Below are positions 58,300 to 64,000 of a DNA stretch of 64,000 nt, in pieces. The notes below the pieces were generated by a model, which was not told the origin of the DNA, did no database searches, and saw nothing but the letters and a program-made list of their open reading frames with translations. A program made the translations under genes and the position numbers. The stretch covers positions 10,287-74,286 of the forward strand of contig VGZX01000001.1 in assembly GCA_016872415.1 (NCBI GenBank), given 5' to 3'. This stretch comes from SAR202 cluster bacterium (GTDB lineage Bacteria; Chloroflexota; Dehalococcoidia; Lucifugimonadales; Australimonadaceae). Each line of letters begins with the position of its first letter. The first letter of the stretch is position 1.

Positions 58300-58494
58300 A
58301 TGGTGGTTTGGTTCAAGACCTGCCCGAAGTGCGCCGGTGATCTGACGGAGGAGCATGACATCATGGCTACCTCCATCGCCTGCCTGCAATGCGGCTATCT
58401 GCTCAACCGCATCGAGGAGAGCGCCCTTCGCCGCATCGGCCAGATCCCCACGCACCGTGAGGCATCGCTGGCCGCCGCCCGCAAGAGCGCCTAG
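58300..58494 (+). CDS. Small zinc-ribbon protein (64 aa)
   Basis: Two CxxC pairs (CPKC...CLQC). Very strong RBS GGGGAGAGGAGG 6 nt upstream of the ATG. Followed by a terminator. Confidence 0.6.
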   Translation: MVVWFKTCPKCAGDLTEEHDIMATSIACLQCGYLLNRIEESALRRIGQIPTHREASLAAARKSA

Positions 58495-58533
58495 CCCCGC
58501 CACGCGCGGCCGTCCGGATCGATGGTCGTCATC

Positions 58534-58570
58534 AGGCCCGGCATCGACAGCCGGGCCTTTCCGTGTTTCC
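58534..58570 (+). terminator. Intrinsic terminator after the zinc-ribbon gene
   Basis: 9-bp stem AGGCCCGGC/GCCGGGCCT with loop ATCGACA, followed by TTCCGTGTTTCC. Confidence 0.6.
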
Positions 58571-58581
58571 GCGCAATACAG

Positions 58582-58614
58582 GGAGGAGGCGCGCCAGCGC
58601 GGCGCGCCTCCTCC
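58582..58614 (-). terminator. GC hairpin downstream of the USP locus
   Basis: Perfect 14-bp stem GGAGGAGGCGCGCC/GGCGCGCCTCCTCC with a 5-nt loop. It lies between convergent gene ends. Confidence 0.5.
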
Positions 58615-58660
58615 TACTCGCGATACTCGCATGCGGTCCGCCCCCGGTGCCAGCGCCGTG

Positions 58661-59610
58661 CTAGCCTGGGCGCACCAACAACACGGGGCCGGCGCTGTGG
58701 CGCACGACATGGTGGGCCACGCTGCCCAGCACCCACCGCCCCACGCCCGACCGCCCATGCGTTGTCATCACCACCAGCTTGTCGCCCGCCTTGCCCACCT
58801 CCTCCATGATGACGGAGGCCGGGAAGCCGTCAACCGTGCGCGTTTCGACCCTCGCCACGCCGGCCGCCGCGCCGAGGCCTTTTCCACGTAGGCTTTCGCG
58901 TCCCTCGCCACCTCTTCCATGAACTCCTGCGAGGGGAAGGTGGCCGTGCCGTAGTCGCCGTAGCCCAGCCCATACGCCGCCGGCGTGATGGCCCGCGCGA
59001 CGGTCACGAGCACGTTGAGTCCCTTGGCGATGTCCACCGTCGGCGTCAGCGCGGCCTCCGCCAACTACGACCCGTCCAGCGGCAGCACCACGCCGTGAAT
59101 CGCCGGCGCCCCGGCGGACGGCTTCTCGGAGGCCCGCATCACGAGCACAGCCGACTTGGCGTGGTGCACCACCTTGTCGGTCACCGAGCCCATCACCCAC
59201 CGGCCCAGGCCCGACCGCCCATGCGTCCACATCACGATCAGGCTGTCCGGCGTCTTGTCGGCCGCCTCCATGATCTTCTCGGGCGCGGAGCCTTCCAGCA
59301 CGCCGATGGTGGCGTCGATCTTGTCTTTTCGCAAGCCAGCCGCGGCCTGCTCCAGGCTTTCCTTGGCCTGGGCCATGGCCGACCGGTGGAGCTTCTCCCA
59401 CACGTCGGGGCTGATCGAGCTGTTGGCGAGAATGCCCACCGTGGCGGTCGCCTGGGCCGTACGCACTTGCTCGCTCACCTGCTCGGGGCTCTCCACCACC
59501 GCCACCAGCGTCACCGGCGCGTGCAGCGTGGTGGCCATCATCTTGGCGTAGGGCAACGCCTGCGCCGCGACCGCGGAGCCGTCCAGTGGAACTACGATGC
59601 GCTTATACAT
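58661..59610 (-). pseudogene. Tandem universal stress protein (UspA x2) with in-frame TAG and one frameshift
   Basis: The first USP domain is intact (MYKRIVVPLDGS...WTHGRSGLGRWVMGSVTDKVVHHAKSAVLVM). The second domain opens VVLPLDGS*LAEAAL (TAG 59065-59067). The frame changes near 58885-58900, before ...VMTTHGRSGVGRWVLGSVAHHVVRHSAGPVLLVRPG. Confidence 0.75.
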
Positions 59611-59814
59611 GAAACAGTCTTCTGCTACTGTTGGCGGTGGGTGCGGAGTGGGTCAGGCCCAGTCCGCTGGCCGCTTGAACTACGCCCGTCAGCCTAGTCA
59701 GGAGGCGTGCTTTGGACGTGAACGGACGTTATTCCTACGTGAAGACTCCGTCAAGCCGATGGTGGGGCTCCGTGCCGGCCCCGATTCCAAACGAGGGATG
59801 GCCGCGCAAGCCGG

Positions 59815-60306
59815 CTACGCCTCGTGCTCCTCGATCACGATCTCTTGCAGCGAGTCACCTGGGCTGTTCGGCCCTTCCTGCGATGGATCGCGCGGCCGCA
59901 GCTTCTGCAGCACGTCCATCCCGCTCGTCACCTTACCGAACACCGCGTGGCGGTCGTTCAGGTGGGGCGTCGTCGCGTAGGTGATGAAGAACTGGCTGCC
60001 GTTCGTGTTCGGGCCCGCGTTTGCCATCGAAAGGGTCCCCGGCCCATCGTGCCGCAGGCTCTTCGAGAACTCATCCGCGAACTGATAGCCGGGGCCGCCA
60101 CGGCCCGTGCCCGTCGGATCGCCGCCCTGCGCCATGAAGCCGCGGATCACCCGGTGAAACGTCGTGCCGTCGTAGTAGCCGTCGCGGGCCAAGAATACGA
60201 AGTTGTTGACCGTGCGCGGCACTTCCTTGGCGAACAAGGCGACGACGATGTCGCCCTTGCCCGTCCGAAAGGTCGCGGTGTAGCGCTTGTTCGGGTCAAT
60301 GGTCAT
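59815..60306 (-). CDS. Cyclophilin-type peptidyl-prolyl cis-trans isomerase
   Basis: [34 protein letters not shown] and VFGKV motifs. Start taken at MTIDPNKRY. The ORF is open to 60459, so a longer N-terminus is possible. Confidence 0.85.
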   Translation of the reverse strand: MTIDPNKRYTATFRTGKGDIVVALFAKEVPRTVNNFVFLARDGYYDGTTFHRVIRGFMAQGGDPTGTGRGGPGYQFADEFSKSLRHDGPGTLSMANAGPNTNGSQFFITYATTPHLNDRHAVFGKVTSGMDVLQKLRPRDPSQEGPNSPGDSLQEIVIEEHEA

Positions 60307-60468
60307 TGGGGGCGAGGACTTGTATTGCTTCAACGGGGTCTCCTCGATGCTGATCGGTGGGGCGGTCGCCGACCGCCGACACGAGCCGGCACCGTCGCTC
60401 GACGCGCACACTAGCATACCGCGAGCTCGGCGCGCTACCGAGGGTGCCGAATACGCCATGGACCGGAG

Positions 60469-62880
60469 GTGCTAACCCTCAAATCGATTACGGGCGGGCA
60501 TCCTGGCAGGGAGAATGCCCAACATCTACCGTGGGAGGCGTGGGCCGCCCACCGATTCACGGGTGGCAACCATGCCGCGAGCGGCGTGGCGGAGTGCGAC
60601 ACGGTGGAAGAGCAGGATACATTCGAGTCGGGCAACGGCGGGCCCGAGCGCGCGGCCGCGTTCACGGGGCCGTCCGATTGGCAGACGCAGTTAGGCGTCG
60701 CCCTGGCGGTGTGGGCAGCCTACACCGGCGCGCTTGCCCTCGGCCTTGGCCCCGTCGGCCACGCGGCGCGCGTGTTGGGCCTGGTGCCCGTGGCCGTTGT
60801 CGGCGCCATGCTTGGGCTCAGGGCGGGCCTCATCGCCGGCGCCGTCGCGGTGCCTTGCCAGGCCATCCTCATCGCCCTGGTCGCCGGAGGCTGGGATAAC
60901 GTGCTCAGCCCGCAAACCGTGGTCGAGCTGCTCATCCTGGTTGGGCTTGGCATGCTCACCGGCCGCCTCCGCGACCAAGTAGGGCGCGCCCACGGTGAGC
61001 ACGCCGCCTCCGCCGGTGGGGCGCCGTCGCAGTCCATCCTCGACGCCATCCAACGCTCCGCCGAGGCGGTGCGCGCGGAAGCCCGCAGCCTCGTCCAGTC
61101 CCTCGACACGCCCATCGCCATCGTGCAGGGCCGCGCGACGGTGTTCGTGAACGATGCGCTCGTGCGTCTGTGCGGCTTGCCTCGTCCGATGACGCCATGG
61201 CGATGCCGCTGGAAGAGCGCATCGGGGTGTTGCCGCCGGACGGCACCTCGCGGGGCAAACTGCACCGGCCGGACGGCACCGCGCTCGACGTCGAAACCAC
61301 GGTGGGCCCGCTGTCATGGGATGGCGCCCCGGCCACGCAGGTGACGGTGCGCGACGTGACCGCGGCCACTGATGCCGAGGCAGCCACCCGACGCGCTGCC
61401 GAGACGCTTGCCGAGGCCGAGGCGACATTGCGCGAGGCCCAACAGGCGCGACAGGAAGCCGAGCTCTCCCGCCAGCCGGCGGAGGATGCTCCTCCGGAGA
61501 CGGTCGAGGCGGCGTCGCCGGGTGCCCCGGTCGAAGCATCCGCCGTCGACAGTCCCGCCCTGGCCGTGGCGCATGCCGAATCGGTGGAGCCCATCTACCG
61601 CACGCTGCTGAACACGACCCACGATGGCGTCGCCGTCGTTGCACACATGCGGATCGTATCGTGCAACCCGGCGTTCGCGCGGATGCACGGGCATGCGACG
61701 GAGCAGGTTGCCGGCCTTCCACTCGACGTGTTCGTGCACCCCGACGACTGGCCCTGGCTTGCCGGCCGCATCGCGCGCTGGCGCGCCGGCGAGGCCGCGG
61801 CACCGGTGCACTATCGGGCCAATCGCCCGGACGGGCGCCGGCGCATGGTGGAAATCGTGGCCGCGCCCCTGTCGGCCGATGTCAAGTCCTCGGCGCTGCT
61901 GGTGCTCACCCGCGATGTGACCGAGCGCATCCACATGGAGCAGTCGCTCAAGGAGGCCGAGGCCGCCTAAGAGGCACTGGTCGAGCACATGGGGCTGGGC
62001 GTGACACTCAGCGCCAGCGGCAAGCGTCTGTTCGTCAACGAGGCCTTCGTCCGCATCTTCGGCTTTCGCGACAAGCAAGAGGCACTGGCCTGGCCGGCGG
62101 GCGCGCAGGTCGCGCCGGAGGACTGGGCCCGTTTCCAGGCGTATCGCGACAGCCTAAAACCGGGCGAGGTGTCGGTGGAGGCGATGGACGTCCACGCCAC
62201 CCGCCGCGACGGCACACCCATCATCACGAACGTTTCGGCGGTCGCGGTCATGCACCGCGGGCAAAGGGCCGTGCTCTCCGTCGTCCGAGACGTGACCAAG
62301 GAGCGCGAAGCGATCGAGGCGTTGCGCGTCTCCGAGGAAGCCTCCCGGCAGCGCTCGGACGAGCTGGGTGCAATGTTCGCGATATCGAACATCCTTCTCC
62401 CGCCGCGCGCCATTCCATGACCGCGTGGGCGAAGCCATGCGCGAGGTCGCCAGGCTGGTGCAAGCGGACCGTGTCACCGTTAGCGCACCCGATGAGGACG
62501 GCCTCCGCACCATCAGCACGCAGACGGGAGACGACGCCCCGCCTGTAGGCGCATCTGTGGACGACGACCACGCCGTCTCCGACGTGATCGCCAGCGGGCA
62601 GCCCATCGTGCTCGGCGATCGGCGCGACGCGCCCAACTCCGCCGGCTCCCCAATGCGCTCGCTATCGCTGGTGCCCATCATGTTGGATGGCCGCACCGTC
62701 GGCGTGATCAGCGCGGGTTCCACGCGCCCCGACCACTTCGATCCCGAGCGTGTGCGCGTGCTCACCGTCGTCGCCTCCGTCATCGGCGCCCACCTGGATA
62801 ATGCCCGCCTCGCAGCCGCACAAGCCCTAGCCGCCACGAAGCCCACGCCTTGCCGCGCGGCACCGCATCGTCGCTGGCTA
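60469..62880 (+). pseudogene. Membrane-anchored multi-PAS / GAF sensor protein, disrupted (two frameshifts, one in-frame TAA), no output domain visible
   Basis: N-terminal TM segments at about 60690-60960. The first PAS domain breaks at about 61168 (VNDALVRL|ASSDDAMAMPLEE). In-frame TAA at 61968-61970 (EAEAA*EALVEHMGLGV). Frameshift at about 62390 into the GAF domain (EAMREVARLVQADRVTV...LVPIMLDGRTVGVIS). The start and true stop are not definable. Confidence 0.65.
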
Positions 62881-63867
62881 GTTCACGCGGTTGCGCGGCG
62901 GCCGGCCGTCCAGCACCTCGCGTACCGTGCGCGCCGCCTTCACTCGCAGGTCGATGTCCGACTCCTCGCTGTAGAACGAGGCGTGCGGCGTCACGATCAA
63001 CCGGCCCTGCACCCAGGCCTCGCCGGCCCGCCAAGCGCGGATCAGGTCGGGCTCCGGCACCGGCGGCTCTTGGGGCAGCACGTCCAACCCGGCGGCCGCT
63101 ATCCGTCCATCGCGCATCGCCCGCCCCAGCGCGTCGATGTCCAGCACCCTCCCGCGCGAGGTGTTCACCAGCATCGCACCGGGCTTCACCTTGCGGAGCC
63201 ACTCGTCGTTCACCATGCCTCGCGTCTCGGGGCTCAGCGGCGTGTGCAGGCTGATGAAGTCCGATTCGGCGAGGAGCTGGTCGAGCCCGAGGCGCGTCAG
63301 CCCCAGCGCGCGGTCCATGCCGTCGGTCACGTAGGGGTCATGGAACGCGACGCGCAGGCCGAACGCCTTGGCCCGCATCGCCACCGCCGTCCCGATGCGC
63401 CCCAACCCCACGATGCCGAGCGTCTTGCCGGGGATGCGGTGGATGGGCCCCGCGGCCGCGTATGACCATGGAGTCGGGTCCTGGCGGACCGCATCGTTGA
63501 GCGCGGGTATGCGGCGCGCCAGCGACAGCAGCAGCGCCATCGCGTGGTCGGCCACCTCTTCCGTGCAGTAGTCGGGCACGTTGCACACGGGGATGCCGTG
63601 CTCTCGCGCCGCGATGATGTCGACCACGTCATAGCCGACACCGAAGCGCACGATGACCTTGCACCGTCGCAGCTGCTCGATCGCCGCAGCCGGAAACAGC
63701 ATGCGCCACACCATCACCGCGTCAGCGTCGCGGGCCTCGGCGCCCAGCGTCGCCGGATCGGTCGCCGAGAAGGGCCGCAGCTCGACGTCCGGGCCCAACT
63801 CCCGCCGCTCGATCTCATACGAGGGGTCCATGTGCGTGGGTGAGATCAGGACAGTGTGCTTCGGCAT
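62878..63867 (-). CDS. D-isomer-specific 2-hydroxyacid dehydrogenase (CtBP/glyoxylate reductase-like)
   Basis: NAD motif GIVGLGRIGTAVAMRAKAFG, RGRVLD, and HASFYSEES. GGAGG RBS before ATG 63867. Confidence 0.85.
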   Translation of the reverse strand: MPKHTVLISPTHMDPSYEIERRELGPDVELRPFSATDPATLGAEARDADAVMVWRMLFPAAAIEQLRRCKVIVRFGVGYDVVDIIAAREHGIPVCNVPDYCTEEVADHAMALLLSLARRIPALNDAVRQDPTPWSYAAAGPIHRIPGKTLGIVGLGRIGTAVAMRAKAFGLRVAFHDPYVTDGMDRALGLTRLGLDQLLAESDFISLHTPLSPETRGMVNDEWLRKVKPGAMLVNTSRGRVLDIDALGRAMRDGRIAAAGLDVLPQEPPVPEPDLIRAWRAGEAWVQGRLIVTPHASFYSEESDIDLRVKAARTVREVLDGRPPRNRVN

Positions 63868-63931
63868 CGGCCGCCTCCGTTGCGCGTTGCGTGGGAGTAT
63901 AGCGCGAGGCGTCGCGCCGCGGGATCGACCG

Positions 63932-64000
63932 CTACCGCCGCGCCGCGCGCGGCCCCTTCGGCTTCGGCGCCACCAGCGCATACGCGCCGCGCACGATGCC
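63932..64000 (-). CDS. 3' end of an unidentified gene (22 codons visible)
   Basis: GC3-rich frame ...GIVRGAYALVAPKPKGPRAARR ending at TAG (63932-63934). It runs off the window edge. Confidence 0.3.
   Translation of the reverse strand, partial: GIVRGAYALVAPKPKGPRAARR

Noticed and set aside
33312-62880. Stop-codon reassignment or programmed read-through as an explanation for the in-frame stops
   Set aside because: TAG, TGA and TAA each terminate many well-supported genes at the expected C-termini in this same window. All three stop types occur internally. Most affected genes also carry frameshifts. Pseudogenisation or sequence error fits better.

Overview
Very GC-rich, GC3-dominated bacterial chromosomal segment. 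It is densely packed and mostly housekeeping: about 50 protein-coding loci, one tRNA-Lys(UUU), and no rRNA, CRISPR array, transposase or integrase that I can recognise. A tentative Chloroflexota/Thermomicrobia-like origin is suggested only by a YYY-motif (DUF2298-like) giant membrane protein adjacent to a TIGR03663-like GT-C glycosyltransferase, families recalled from memory. Recognisable intact genes: dinG (3' part), ogg-like glycosylase, Rieske oxygenase alpha subunit, cca, rnc, ftsY, pth, ligA, trpS, serA with a class-V aminotransferase, a nuoE/nuoF/nuoG-like trio plus a ferredoxin-NADP reductase, mutS, lepB, an ECF sigma/anti-sigma/SIMPL operon, glyQS, sbcD, a rhodanese and a cyclophilin. 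The most striking signal is non-random gene decay in the 33-63 kb half. At least eight stress/signalling loci carry about 9 in-frame stops (TAG, TAA and TGA) and about 7 frameshifts in total. These loci are hflK, hflC, a metallophosphoesterase coupled to mutS, a NYN-LOTUS protein, a GAF-PAS histidine kinase, its OmpR-type regulator, a tandem USP, and a multi-PAS/GAF sensor. Every large housekeeping gene reads through cleanly. Other points worth checking: a four-gene membrane glycoconjugate-like cluster (YYY protein, GT-C enzyme, flippase-like protein, FAD oxidoreductase) facing a PIG-L deacetylase; a six-fold internally repeated membrane protein co-transcribed with an NTF2-like protein and a lipoprotein HExxH protease behind ligA-pth; an 89-aa insertion in the HhH region of LigA; a promoter, T-box-like box and terminator leader ahead of trpS; and a nuoG-like subunit with a degenerate Mo site and an extra Cys-rich insert. 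All calls come from reading the translations and sequence by eye. No database search was run.
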